From the NCBI RefSeq assembly GCF_963921235.1, contig NC_086097.1:189226001-189290000 (forward strand): a stretch of 64,000 nt of DNA, in the 5' to 3' direction. Positions 24,262 through 36,925 of this stretch are shown here, piece by piece. This DNA comes from Mobula hypostoma (lineage: Eukaryota). Position numbers and translations under genes: made by a program. Every line of letters begins with the position of its first letter. The first letter of the stretch is position 1. The notes below the pieces were generated by a model. That model searched no databases and had not been told where the DNA came from. It saw nothing but the letters and a program-made list of their open reading frames with translations.

Positions 24262-25432
24262 AGTATTTAGTTAGGGGAGGGTGAATTATGATGCTATAAG
24301 GTAGGAACTTGGGAGCGTAAATTGGAAGCTTAAGTACTCAGGGAAGTGCAGAATAAAAATGTGGAGGTTGTTTAGGGAGCACTTCCATGGGATTCTGGAT
24401 AGGTTTGTCCCACTAAGTCAGCGAAAGGTGAAGGAACCATGGTCGACCATAGATGTGGAACATCTCATCAAAAGGAAGAAAGAAGGTTGAGGACGCAAGG
24501 ATCAGAAAGGGCTCTGGAGAGTTAAAAGGTAGCCATAAAGGAGGTTTAATAATAGACTTAGGAGAGCTAGAAGGGTAGATGAGAAGGCCTTGGTGAGTGT
24601 GATAAAGGTAAACTCCAAGGCTTTCTACACCAACGTGAAGAGGAGGATGATTAGAATGAGGATCAGGGTAAAGAATGAAACATGTGCCTGGAGTCAGGGG
24701 AGGTAGGGGCAGTCCTTAATGAATACTTTACTTCAGTATTCACCAGTGAGAGGGACCTTGACAAATGTAAGGACAGTGTCAAACAAGCTGTTATGCTGGA
24801 ACATGTCGACGTCAAGAAAGAGGACGTGTTGGTACCTTTGAAAAACATTAGGATTGTTAAAAGTCCCCAGGGCTAGATGGGTTACCATGGGAGGCGAGGG
24901 AAGAGATTGCTACACCTTTGGCAATGATCTTTGCATCCTCATAGGCCACAGGAGAAATACCAGATGATTGTAGGGTGGCAAATGCTATTCCCCTGTACAA
25001 GAAAGGTGATAGGGATGATCCTGGGAATCATAGACCAATGAGTTATGAATTATGAATGAATTACCAATGAATTATACCCAATTGGGGAAGATTCTTAGAG
25101 ACAGGATTTATGAGCATTTGGAGAAGTGTAGTCTGATCAGGAACAATCAGCATGATTTGTGAGGTTCAGGTCATGCCTCACGAACCTGATTGAATTCTGT
25201 GAGAAAGTGACAAAACAAGTTTGTGAAGGTAGAGCTGTTTATATAGTGTATATGGATTTTAGCAAAGCATTTGACAAAGATCCCTATGGTTGGTTCATTC
25301 AGAAAGTCAGGAAGCATGGGCTCCGGGGTAACTTGGCTGTGTGGATTCATAATTAGCTTGCCCACAGAAAGCAGAGGCATGTAGCATATTCTACCTGGAG
25401 ACTGGTGACTACTGGGGTTCAGCAGGCATCTG
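24262..25432 (+). mobile_element. Degenerate CR1 internal fragment
   Basis: VLNEYFTSVFT; SCLTNLIEF..VYMDFSKAFDK. Confidence 0.85.
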
Positions 25433-26310
25433 AAAAGTTAGCTGCTTATCTTGCTGCTTAACTTCTTGAGAATTTACAACAAATTTTTATCACACATTGA
25501 CTAGAGTGGTTAAAAATGGCAGATTTCCTGACATCACTGGAGAGAGAAAAATAGAGTGAACATATCTGATCAAAGATTCATCATCAGAACTCAACATGGA
25601 AATAGGCCCATTGGGTTGATGACAAACATCAAGGAGATATTTACCCAAATGCTATCCAAACACATTTTATTCTCCCCATAAACCCATCACCTCACCCCAA
25701 GTCCCTGCTCTCACCTACACTAGGGCCATTTTACAATGACCAATTAACACCCCTACACACTTTTGACGTGAGAGGAAACTGAAGCATCTAGAGAATATGT
25801 ACCTGCTCACGGTTACTGTCTAAACTCCAGCCACAGTGATGGAGGTCACAACTGAATGCAGGTCTCTGGAGATGTGAGGCTCACAAGCATGAATTGCAAG
25901 CCAGTACATCCTACACCTCACCTCAGTCTATCGATCACCTTAGAATCCTTTCTCGCCATCTCCCTTCTCGATCTTTTGCACCTTATTGTTTCCCTGCACT
26001 GCACTTTCTCTGTACCGGTTACTTTATTCTGCATTGTGTTGTTTTACCTCAATGCACTGTGTAATGATCTGATCTCTATGAACAGTAAGCAAGACACACT
26101 TTTCACTGATCTCGATAATACAATAATAAATCGTCCAATTCTATCTCGCCTCTCCACTCTCAGTCCTTTCCTTCCCACAGAGTCTGCTCGACCTGCCGAG
26201 TTCTTCCAGCAAACTGTTTATTGCAAGTCAGTATTATCTGGTAGGGTTGAATGGCCTGTTTTCATACAATTATAAATAAATTGATACAAATTTAAAAATT
26301 AAAAGTCTTA

Positions 26311-28219
26311 TAGAAACATAGAAACATAGAAAATAGGTGCAGGAGTAGGCTATTCGGCCCTTCGAGCCTGCACCGCCATTTATTATGATCATGGCTGATC
26401 ATCCAACTCAGAACCCAGCCTTCCCTCCATACCCCCTGACCCCTGTAGCCACAAGGGCCATATCTAACTCCCTCTTAAACATAGCCAATGAACTGGCCTC
26501 AACAGTTTGCTGTGGCAGAGAATTCCACAGATTCACCACTCTCTGTGTGAAGAAGTTTTTCCTAATCTCGGTACTAAAAGGCTTCCCCTCTATCCTCAAA
26601 CTGTGACCCCTCGTTCTGGACCTCCCCAACATCGGGAACAATCTTCCCGCATCTAGCCTGTCCAATCCCTTTAGGATCTTATACGTTTCAATCAGATCCC
26701 CCCTCAATCTTCTAAATTCCAACGAGTACAAGCCCAGTTCATCCAGTCTTTCTTCATATGAAAGACCTGCCATCCCAGGAATCAATCTGGTGAACCTTCT
26801 TTGTACTCCCTCTATGGCAAAGATGTCTTTCCTCAGATTAGGGGACCAAAACTGCACACAATACTCCAGGTGTGGTCTCACCAAAGCCTTGTACAACTGC
26901 AGTAGTACCTCCCTGCTCCTGTACTCGAATCCTCTCGCTATAAATGCCAGCATACCGTTCGCCTTTTTCACCGCCTGCTGTACCTGCATGCCCACTTTCA
27001 ATGACTGGTGTATAATGACACCCAGGTCTCGTTGCACCTCCCCTTTTCCTAATCGGCCACCATTCAGATAATAATCTGTTTTCCTATTTTTGCCACCAAA
27101 GTGGATAACTTCACATTTATCCACATTAAATTGCATCTGCCATGAGTTTGCCCACTCACCCAACCTATCCAAGTCACCCTGCATCCTCTTAGCATCCTCC
27201 TCACTGCTAACACTGCCACCCAGCTTCGTGTCATCCGCAAACTTGGAGATGCTGCATTTAATTCCCTCATCCAAGTCATTAATATATATTGTAAACAACT
27301 GGGGTCCCAGCACTGAGCCTTGCGGTACCCCACTAGTCACCGCCTGCCATTCTGAAAAGGTCCCGTTTATTCCCACTCTTTGCTTCCTGTCTGCTAACCA
27401 ATTCTCCACCCACACCAATACCTTACCCCCAATACCGTGTGCTTTAAGTTTGCACACTAATCTCCTGTGTGGGACCTTGTCAAAAGCCTTTTGAAAATCC
27501 AAATATACCACATCCACTGGTTCTCCCCTATCCACTCTACTAGTTACATCCTCAAAAAATTCTATGAGATTCGTCAGACATGATTTTCCTTTCACAAATC
27601 CATGCTGACTTTGTCCGATCATTTCACCGCTTTCCAAATGTGCTGTTATCACATCCTTGATAACTGACTCCAGCAGTTTCCCCACCACCGACGTTAGGCT
27701 AACCGGCCTATAATTCCCTGGTTTCTCTCTCCCTCCTTTTTTAAAAAGTGGGGTTACATTAGCCACCCTCCAATCCTCAGGAACTAGTCCAGAATCTAAC
27801 GAGTTTTGAAAAATTATCACTAATGCATCCACTATTTCTTGGGCTACTTTCTTAAGCATTCTGGGATGCAGACCATCTGGCCCTGGGGATTTATCTGCCT
27901 TCAATTTACCTAACACCACTTCCCTACTAACATGTATTTCACTCAGTTCCTCCATCTCACTGGACCCTCTGTCCCTTACTATTTCTGGAAGATTATTTAT
28001 GTCCTCCTTAGTGAAGACAGAACCAAAGTAATTATTCAATTGGTCTGCCATGTCCTTGCTCCCCATAATCAATTCACCTGTTTCTGTCTGCAGGGGACCT
28101 ACATTTGTCTTTATCAGTCTTTTCCTTTTTACATATCTATAAAAGCTTTTACAGTCCGTTTTTATGTTCTCTGCCAGTTTTCTCTCATAATCTTTTTTTC
28201 CCCTTCCTAATTAAGCCCT
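26311..28219 (-). mobile_element. Young 5'-truncated CR1 (family A) with an open RT ORF
   Basis: 554-aa ORF 26408-28072 with [29 protein letters not shown]; (CTATGTTT)n tail. Confidence 0.97.
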
Positions 28220-28565
28220 ATCTTGTCACAATGTGTACAATTAACTACCCTGGCGCCAGCTATTGCTGGTCCTTTCCTGCCAATTTTTCTCCTCGGTACT
28301 GGCAGTATTCCGGGCAGTCCCACGCTGGGGGCTTTTCTTTGGTGCGTGGCGCACAGTGTGTGACACGAGGAGTTGGTGGCCGGGGCCGGGCGGTGCACCG
28401 GTCGGTCCAGTTCATCCTGCTGCGAGGAGCCGCGGTCGTTGTCATCGTCCCGTCACGGTTTCACTCAGCGACTGGTAGGAGCCAGGGTCAGTAAACGTCG
28501 GGAAACCACAGGGACTTGGTGGCGTTGCCCACAGAATCTGCCAAGGAAAGCGGCGGTCTGTGGTG
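28220..28565 (+). promoter_or_regulatory. RBIS: CpG-rich island: probable RBIS promoter and non-coding exon 1
   Basis: The most conspicuous CpG-dense non-TE stretch in the window, 2.5 kb upstream of the ATG exon (which has an acceptor before the ATG); GC box GGGCGG 28388-28393; candidate donors CTG|GTAGGA (28475) and AGG|GTCAGT (28487). Confidence 0.65.
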
Positions 28566-29389
28566 AAAGTATTAACCAGTTCCTTCAAGCTCATTTAGAT
28601 TGGCATGAGATCAAATTAGACAATTATTTTATATAAATGGAATTATCTGACCCCTTCTATCATCTCTTTTGCATTTTAACCACGTCCATTTTGTGTAAAT
28701 GTAACTCTTAGAAAATTGGACACGACTTTTTTTTTGCATACTGCCGGGGATGTGAACCTCACCCTCAACAGTTAGTATGGAAAATATTCCTCCATCCAAT
28801 CTAGCCCCATTTATCTGCGTTTAATATTTTTTCTCTATTATGTACCTATCCAATTGTCTTACAAAAATTGTTAATTGCAAAATGCCGGAGGAACTCAGCA
28901 GACCAGACAGTGCCTAATTCCTCCGGCAATTTGTGTGTGTTACTTTGATTTTCAGCATCTGCAGATTTTCTCTTGATTGTGTTACAAAAATTGTGATTGT
29001 ACATACTTCAGCCATTTCTTCTGACAGCTGATTTATTTCGCAATCCTTTCATAAATTAGTATTTAGCAAATCTTAATGCAGTTTGGAATCCTACATAAAA
29101 GTGGTATTTTTGCTTTAACTTAATGAAGTGCACGTTGAAAGATAATCTTATTCTCATTCCATCGCATTGTATCAAGTTAACATTCCTTATGCAAAATGAG
29201 TGTGTCAAATTGAAGGGACTGTCTGAACACTTTAAAGAACTCTCACCCCACAACCTATAAGACAGCAGAATCTGGCCACTTAGCCCATCAAGTCTACTCA
29301 GTCATGGCTGATTTATTTTTCCCTGTCAATCTGATTCTCCTGTGTTCTCTCTGTAACCTTTGACACCCTTACTAATCAAGAACCTATAA

Positions 29390-30785
29390 ACAGCAGAAAG
29401 GAAACTATAGACCAGTTAGCCTGATCTCAGTAGTTCAGAGGATGTTGGAAGTCAATTGTTAAGGATGAAGTTATGGAATACTTGGTGACACAAGACAAGT
29501 CAGGACAAAGTCAGCATGGTTTCCTTAAGGGAAAACCCTGCCTGACGAACCTGTTGGAATTCTTTGAGGAGATTACGTGTAGGATAGATACAGGGGATGC
29601 AGAGAATGTTGTATGTTTGGATTTTCAGAAGGGCTTTGACAAAGTGCCACACACAAGGCTGATTACCAAGTTAAGAGCCCATGGTATTACAGGAAAGCTA
29701 CTAGCATGATTACAGCATTGGCTGATTGGTAGCAGGCAGTGAGTGGGCATAAAAGGATCTTTTTTTGGTTGGCACCTAGTGACTAGTGGTGTTCCACAGG
29801 GGTTGGTGTTAGGACCACTTCTTTTTATGCTGTATATAAATGATTCAGATGATGGAATAGATGGCTTTGTTGCCAAGTTTGCAAATGATACGAAGATTGG
29901 TGGAGGGGCAGGTGGTGTTGAGGAAACGGGTAGGATGCAGAAAGACTTAGACAGATTAGGAGAATGGGCAAGAAAGTGGCAAATGAAATATAATGTTGGA
30001 AAATGCATGATCATGCACTTTCGTAGAAGAAATAAATGTGTGGACTATTCTAAACGGGGAGAAAATCCAAAACTCGCAATGCAAAGGGACTTGGGAGTCC
30101 TTATGCAGAATACTCTAAAGGTTAACTTGCAGGTTGAGTTGGTGGTAAGGAAGGCAACTACAATGTTAGCATTCATTTCAAGCGTTCTGTAATATAAGTG
30201 CAGGGGTGTGATGCTGAGACTGGTGAGGTCTCACTTTGAGTATTGTGAACAGTTTTGGGCTCCTTATCTAAGATGTGCTGGCATTGAAGAGGGTTCTGGT
30301 GAGGTTCACAACGATGATTCTGGGAATGAAAGCATATCATATGAGGAATGTTTGATGGCTCTGGATCCGTACTCATTGGAATTTAGAAGGGTAAGGGTGG
30401 ATCTCATGGAAATCTTTCAAATGTTGAAAGGCCTGGACAGAGTAGATTTGGAAAGGATGATTCCCATGGTGGGGGAGTCTAGGATGTGAGGTCACAGCCT
30501 CAGGATAGAGGGGATTCCATTTAAAATAGAGATGTGGATTAATTTCTTTAGCCAGAGGGTGGTGAATTTGTGGAAATTGGTACCACAGGCAGCTGTGGAG
30601 GCCAGGATGTTGGGTGTATTTAAGGTGGAGATTGATAGGTTCTTGATTGGCCATGGCATCAAAGGTTACGGGGAGAAGGCCAGGCAGTGGGGCTGAGGAG
30701 GGGGAAAAGAAGGATGAACCATGAATGAATGGTAGAGCAGACTTGATGGGCCAAATAACCTAATTCTACTCCGGTCTGTGATCTA
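29390..30785 (+). mobile_element. CR1 (family B) RT and 3' fragment in RBIS intron 1
   Basis: ORFs 29473-29709, 29743-30192, 30208-30489 with CR1 RT motifs. Confidence 0.92.
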
Positions 30786-31027
30786 TTTAGACAAGTAGAA
30801 TTTCTGTGTATGTTTTAAATATTACAGTGGAGTATCGGAATACTATTTCTGTCAAGCAACTAGCTAATGAAAAGAACAAATAAACTTAGCTGTTATTAAC
30901 GAGAATTCCCTTGTTTTTTTTCCGTGGAGGCTGGGAAATAGTGTTTTTTTTTGTTTATTACTTATGGGTAAATATAAACAGTGATTGATTCTGTTAATGG
31001 TTATTTTCCAGAAAGTATTTGAAAAGG

Positions 31028-31141
31028 ATGGCAAAGAACAAATCAAAGGCACAGAAACACAAAGATGTTTTCAAAGTTGTCAACAGCAAAAATATAAAAG
31101 CCAAAAGCAAAACCAAACCTGTAACTACAAGTCTGAAGAAG
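31028..31141 (+). CDS. RBIS: RBIS first coding exon (exon 31012-31141)
   Basis: MAKNKSKAQKHKDVFKVVNSKNIKAKSKTKPVTTSLKK resembles the human RBIS/C8orf59 N-terminus (MAKNK..NVF..KAKNKAKPVTTNLKK); acceptor TTTTCCAG ending 31011; donor AAG|GTCAGT. Confidence 0.92.
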
Positions 31142-31534
31142 GTCAGTCTGTACTTCAGTGTATTGTCAAAGAAATAACTGTTAGCTCCCGCATTAGTAAA
31201 TTGGTGCGGCAGAACAAATTGAAATGTTTCAGTTTTTCTGATTGATTTGCACATTTTTGTTGCTGTCTGGATACTATTAGGCTAGATTGTATTCCGTCCA
31301 ATCCACTGCTAGTACGTTATCTAACCTTCTGCGGCCACACAGCTGGCAACTTCAAGGGCTTTATTCTGTGACTGTTGTGTCTTGCAGAGTGGGAGTTGGT
31401 GTCGGGATTCTAGGTGCCACACGCTGAGATCTTGTCCCATTGAACACTGTCCTGACATCCGTTAATGTTCCATGTTGTCAAAGATCTTCTTTACCATTTT
31501 TAAGTGCTTCTGATAGTTTGAGGGTTCCTTAAGG

Positions 31535-32032
31535 TTGTTATAGCCAGGAGTGGTAGTGAGGATAAGCTCCCACTACTAATTAAATGCTCTCAATTGTGTG
31601 CATCTCAGATATCCTCTGACAACCAAGTCCAGTTCCTGGCTTTCACTTGTGACTTAGCCACTAAGTCCGGCAGAACCATTTCTACTGACATCAGTCTCTA
31701 CTCATCAGCCATGATTGGCAGCTCATCTAGGAGAAGGAAACTGTGATCTCAAACCTCCACTGCCTTGCAGTTATACCTACTCATGGGTAAGAAATCCCGA
31801 GGAAAAATCCGGAGCTGGAGTCCATAAGGCATTCCTATATTGAGTTTTACGCTGACGGGCACCTCCTGCAACGCTGCTGGTGCCAGACTGTATTGGTCTC
31901 TGCCATTCCTTTGGATCTATCAGCTGGGGGCTTGGATGCTAAGCCACACCTGAAGGCCAGGAGCTGGACTTGGTTGTCAGAGGCTATTTGAGGTGCTGCT
32001 TTTGGGAGCATTTACTAGGGAGCTTGTCCCAG
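31535..32032. repeat. Foldback element, possibly derived from an RTE-type LINE 5' region
   Basis: About 100-bp inverted arms at 31560-31660 and 31937-32030 (shared core CCTCTGACAACCAAGTCCAG). Confidence 0.6.
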
Positions 32033-32045
32033 CTGTAACGATTTT

Positions 32046-35024
32046 AAAGAACCAACTCAAGATGAAGAGCATGGGATAGACATGAAGGAAGGGGAGGTGG
32101 GGTGGCGTTGCTGGTTAAAGAAGAGAATAACGCAATAGAAAGGAAGGACATAAGCCGGGAAGATGTGGAATCGATATGGGGAGAGCTGCGTAACACTAAG
32201 GGGCAGAAGACGCTGGTGGGAGTTGTGTACAGGCCACCTAACAGTAGTAGTGAGGTCGGAGATGGTATTACCAAATTGGTAAAGGTGCTGAGGAAGAGGA
32301 TTTCTTGGAATGTATGCGGGATGGTTTTTTGAACCAACATGTCGAGGAACCAACAAGAGAGCAAGCTATTCTGGACTGGGTTTTGAGCAATGAGGAAGGG
32401 TTAATTAGCAATCTTGTCGTGAGAGGCCCCTTGGGTAAGAGTGACCATAATATGGTGGAATTCTTCATTAAGATGGAGAGTGACATAGTTAATTCAGAAA
32501 CAAAGGTTCTGAACTTAAAGAGGGGTAACTTTGAAGGTATGAGACATGAATTAGCTAAGATAGACTGGCAAATGACACTTAAAGGATTGACGCAACACAC
32601 ATCAAAGTTGCTGGTGAACGCAGCAGGCCAGGCAGCATCTATAGGAAGAGGCGCAGTCGACGTTTCAGGCCGAGACCCTTCGTCAGGACTAACTGAAGGA
32701 AGAGTGAGTAAGGGATTTGAAAGCTGGAGGGGGAGGGGGAGATCCAAAATGATAGGAGAAGACAGGAGGGGGAGGGATGGAGCCGAGAGCTGGACAGGTG
32801 ATAGGCAGAAGGGGATACGAGAGGATCATGGGACAGGAGGTCCGGGAAGAAAGACGGGGGGGGGGGGGGTGACCCAGAGGATGGGCAAGAGGTATATTCA
32901 GAGGGACAGAGGGAGAAAAAGGATTTTGCAATGGCAAGCATTGAAAGGTTGCATGGATGAACTACAACAATTGTTCATCCCAGTTTGGCAAAAGAATACA
33001 TCAAGGAAGGTAGTGCACCCGTGGCTGACAAGAGAAATTAGGGATAGTATCAATTCCAAAGAAGAAGCATACAAATTAGCCAGAAAAAGTGGCTCACCTG
33101 AGGACTGGGAGAAATTCAGAGTTCAGCAGAGGAGGACAAAGGGCTTAATTAGGAAGGGGAAAAAAGATTATGAGAGAAAACTGGCAGGGAACATAAAAAC
33201 TGACTGTAAAAGCTTTTATAGATATGTAAAAAGGAAAAGACTGGTAAAGACAAATGTAGGTCCCCTACAGACAGAAACAGGTGAATTGATTATGGGGAGC
33301 AAGGACATGGCAGACCAATTGAATAATTACTTTGGTTCTGTCTTCACTAAGGAGGACATAAATAATCTTCCAGAAATAGTAGGGGACAGAGGGTCCAGTG
33401 AGATGGAGGAACTGAGTGAAATACATGTTAGTAGGGAAGTGGTGTTAGGTAAATTGAAGGGATTAAAGGCAGATAAATCCCCAGGGCCAGATGGTCTGCA
33501 TCCCAGAGTGCTTAAGGAAGTAGCCAAAGAAATAGTGGATGCATTAGTGAAAATTTTTCAAAACTCGTTGGACTAGTTCCTGAGGATTGGAGGGTGGCTA
33601 ATGTAACCCCACTTTTTAAAAAAGGAGGGAGAGAGAAACCGGGGAATGATAGACCAGTTAGCCTAATGTTGGTGGTGGGGAAACTGCTGGAGTCAGTTAT
33701 CAAAGATGTGATAACAGCACATTTGGAAAGCGGTGAAATCATCGGACAAAGTCATATCTGACGAATCTCATAGAATTTTTTGAGGATGTAACTAGTAGAG
33801 TGGATAGGGGAGAACCAGTGGATGTGGTATATTTGGATTTTCAAAAGGCTTTTGACAAGGTCCCACACAGGAGATTAGTGTGCAAACTTAAAGCACACGG
33901 TATTGGGGGTAAGGTATTGATGTGGATGGAGAATTGGTTAGCAGACAGGAAGCAAAGAGTGGGAATAAACGGGCACTTTTCAGAATGGCAGGCGGTGACT
34001 AGTGGGGTACCGCAAGGCTCAGTGCTGGGACCCCAGTTGTTTACAATATATATTAATGACTTGGATGAGGGAATTAAATGCAGCATCTCCAAGTTTGCGG
34101 ATGACACGAAGCTGGGTGGCAGTGTTAGCTGTTAGGAGGATGCTAAGAGGATGCAGAGTGACTTGGATAGGTTGGGTGAGTGGGCAGATTCATGGCTGAT
34201 GCAATTTAATGTGGATAAATGTGAAGTTATCCACTTTGGTGGCAAAAATAGGAAAACAGATTATTATCTGAATGGTGGCCGATTAGGAAAAGGGGAGGTG
34301 CAACGAGACCTGGGTGTCATTATATACCAGTCATTGAAAGTGGGCATGCAGGTACAGCAGGCGGTGAAAAAGGCGAATGGTATGCTGGCATTTATAGCGA
34401 GAGGATTTGAGTACAGGAGCAGGGAGGTACTACTGCAGTTGTACAAGGCCTTGGTGAGACCACACCTGGAGTATTGTGTGCAGTTTTGGTCCCCTAATCT
34501 GAGGAAAGACATCCTTGCCATAGAGGGAGTACAAAGAAGGTTCACCAGATTGATTCCTGGGATGGCAGGACTTTCATATGAAGAAAGACTGGATGAACTG
34601 GGCTTGTACTTGTTGGAATTTAGAAGATTGAGGGGGGATCTGATTGAAACGTATAAAATCCTAAAGGGATTGGACAGGCTAGATGCAGGAAGATTGTTCC
34701 CGATGTTGGGGAAGTCCAGAACGAGGGGTCACAGTTTGAGGATAGAGGGGAAGCCTTTTAGGACCGAGATTAGGAAAAACTTCTTCACGCAGAGAGTGGT
34801 GAATCTGTGGGATTCTCTGCCACAGGAAACAGTTGAGGCCAGTTCATTGGCTATATTTAAGAGGGAGTTAGATATGGCCCTTGTGGCTACGTGGATCAGG
34901 GGGTATGGAGGGAAGGCTGGGGCGGGGTTCTGAGTTGGATGATCAGCCATGATCATAATAAATGGCGGTGCAGGCTTGAAGGGCCGAATGGCCTACTCCT
35001 GCACCTATTTTCTATGTTTCTATG
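32046..35024 (+). mobile_element. Young CR1 (family A), endonuclease to tail, with small deletions and a Penelope insertion
   Basis: ORFs 32102-32332, 32305-33576, 33800-34135, 34151-34933, nearly identical to 26408-28072; CTATGTTTCTATG tail. Confidence 0.97.
32593..32920. mobile_element. Penelope-derived fragment inserted in CR1 ORF2
   Basis: Begins with the arm of the 3864-4057 hairpin, followed by a purine-rich tract; replaces VDM of LKGLTVDMQWQ seen in the 54610-55221 copy. Confidence 0.85.
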
Positions 35025-35789
35025 ACCCCTGAAATCGTAAGGATTGGCAGTGGAGATGATGCATTCTAAATTGTGTTGAGAATCGTAAGTCCATGTGTTT
35101 GGAACATATAGAAGCTGTGTGTAAGGGGAGGAGCACATCATCTCGTAGAAGAGTCTGGTTCCTTCCTTGACCTCAGACCTCACAAAACTGGACAAAGTCT
35201 CTAAGTGATCCTCTATTCCAGGAGACTGCCTAAAAATGTGAGGTGATATTAACCAGCTTACTCTACACAATTATCCTTGCTACCCTGGATGTTCTGGCCT
35301 CTAAAAATGGAATTATTTTGTATGAATATCACTTCCTGTATGTAAGCTGTTTTTTGTATCATTTCCTGTGTAGGTTAATTTGGATTTCAACTTGAAGCAT
35401 ATGGTGTTGAAAGACACCCATCTCCATCCCCTCCTTATTTGCCCTTGAAATAGCAATGTCTTTTTACAAGTAATTCTCATTGAAAACCCTGAAGGAAGCT
35501 TCTGACTTGGATAATTTTTTGAGAAGGTGTTTCGAGGTCAATCAGATGAAGGACTGGGGTGTAAGGAAACAGCAAACACTACTTGGCTCATGCATAAGCA
35601 AGATATATGGAATAGTCATCTGGAATTTTCCATTTTAAGAGCAGTTCAGCAAGGATCTCTAGAATTTCAGTAAATAGGAAGAATCCCTTAAATTTTGAAC
35701 TTCAAATAGAATACAGATTTTATTTAAAGAATAGGAAATAAATTTGCCTATTGCTGCAATAGGTCTACAGCAGATGAAATCACACTGGC

Positions 35790-36925
35790 TCTCCATTCGA
35801 CCTTGGATCACCTAGACAATAGCGTTACTACATCAGGCTGCTGTTTATTCATTACAGCTCCGCATTCAATACTATCATTCCCTCTGTACTAATCAACAAC
35901 ATCCAAAACCTGGAAATCTGTACCTCCATCTGCAACTGGATCCTTGACTTCCCCAACGGGAGACCACAGTCAATGCAGATTGGAAAAAACATCTCCTCAC
36001 TGACAATCAATACTGGCGCACCTCAATGATGTGTGCTTAGCCTGCTGCTCCACTCACGACTGTGTGGCTAGGCACAGTCTGAATACCATCTATAAATTTG
36101 CTGATGACACAACTATTGGTGGCAGAATCTCCGATGGTGACGAGGAGGTGCACAGGAGCAAGATCGATCAACTAGTGGAGAGGTGTTGCACTCAACATCA
36201 GTAATACCAATGAATTGATTATGGACTTCAGGAAGAAGTCGTCAAGGGATTACACATCAGCCCACGTTAAGGAATAAGCAATGGAAAAAGTGAACAGTTT
36301 CAAGTCCCTGAGTGTCAACATCTCTGAAGATCAATCCTGGGCTCAACGTATTGATACAATTACAAAGAAGGCAGGCCAACAGGTATATTTCATTAGGAGT
36401 TTATGGAGACTTGGTATGACATAAAAGACTCAAATTTCTAGAGATGTACCATGGAGAACATTCTAACTGGTTGTATCACCATCTGGCATGGAAGAGCCAC
36501 TGCACAGGATTGGAAGAAGCTGCAGAAAATTGCAAACTCAGCCAGCTCCATCATGGGTACTAGCCTCCCCAGCATCAAGCACATCTTCAAAAGACGATGC
36601 CTCAAGAAGGTGGTATCTGTCATTAAGGACCTTTTTTTACCCAGAACATGCTCTCTTCTGGTTGCTATCATCAACGAGGAGGTGCAAGAGCTTGAAGACA
36701 CATGCTCAATGTTTTAGGAATATCACCTTCAGCACTGCCATCAGATTTCTGAATGTATAATAAACCCAAGTAAACTACCTATTATTTTTTATGTTTTTTC
36801 TTTGAACTACTTAATTCTTTTATATCTTATTGTAATTAATAGTTTATTATAATGTATTGCAATGTACTGCTGCAAAACAACATATTTCATGGCATACACC
36901 AGTGATACTAAACCTGATTCTGATG
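35790..36925 (+). mobile_element. Degenerate Rex/Babar LINE 3' part
   Basis: KFADDTT; ENILTGCITIWHG; AAACCTGATTCTGAT tail. Confidence 0.85.

Noticed and set aside
28220..28574. GC-rich segment read as foreign RNA fused to the CR1 5' end, with a possible TSD AAAGTCTTA (26302-26310) / AAAGTATTA (28566-28574)
   Set aside because: The match is imperfect and AT-rich. RBIS needs an upstream non-coding exon, and this segment has a GC box and donor sites, so a promoter is more parsimonious. Not fully excluded.
28105..28636. Several overlapping short ORFs
   Set aside because: Expected in GC-rich DNA; no recognisable protein
30985..31245. 86-aa ORFs on both strands
   Set aside because: The real RBIS exon is in another frame (ATG at 31028) and ends at a splice donor
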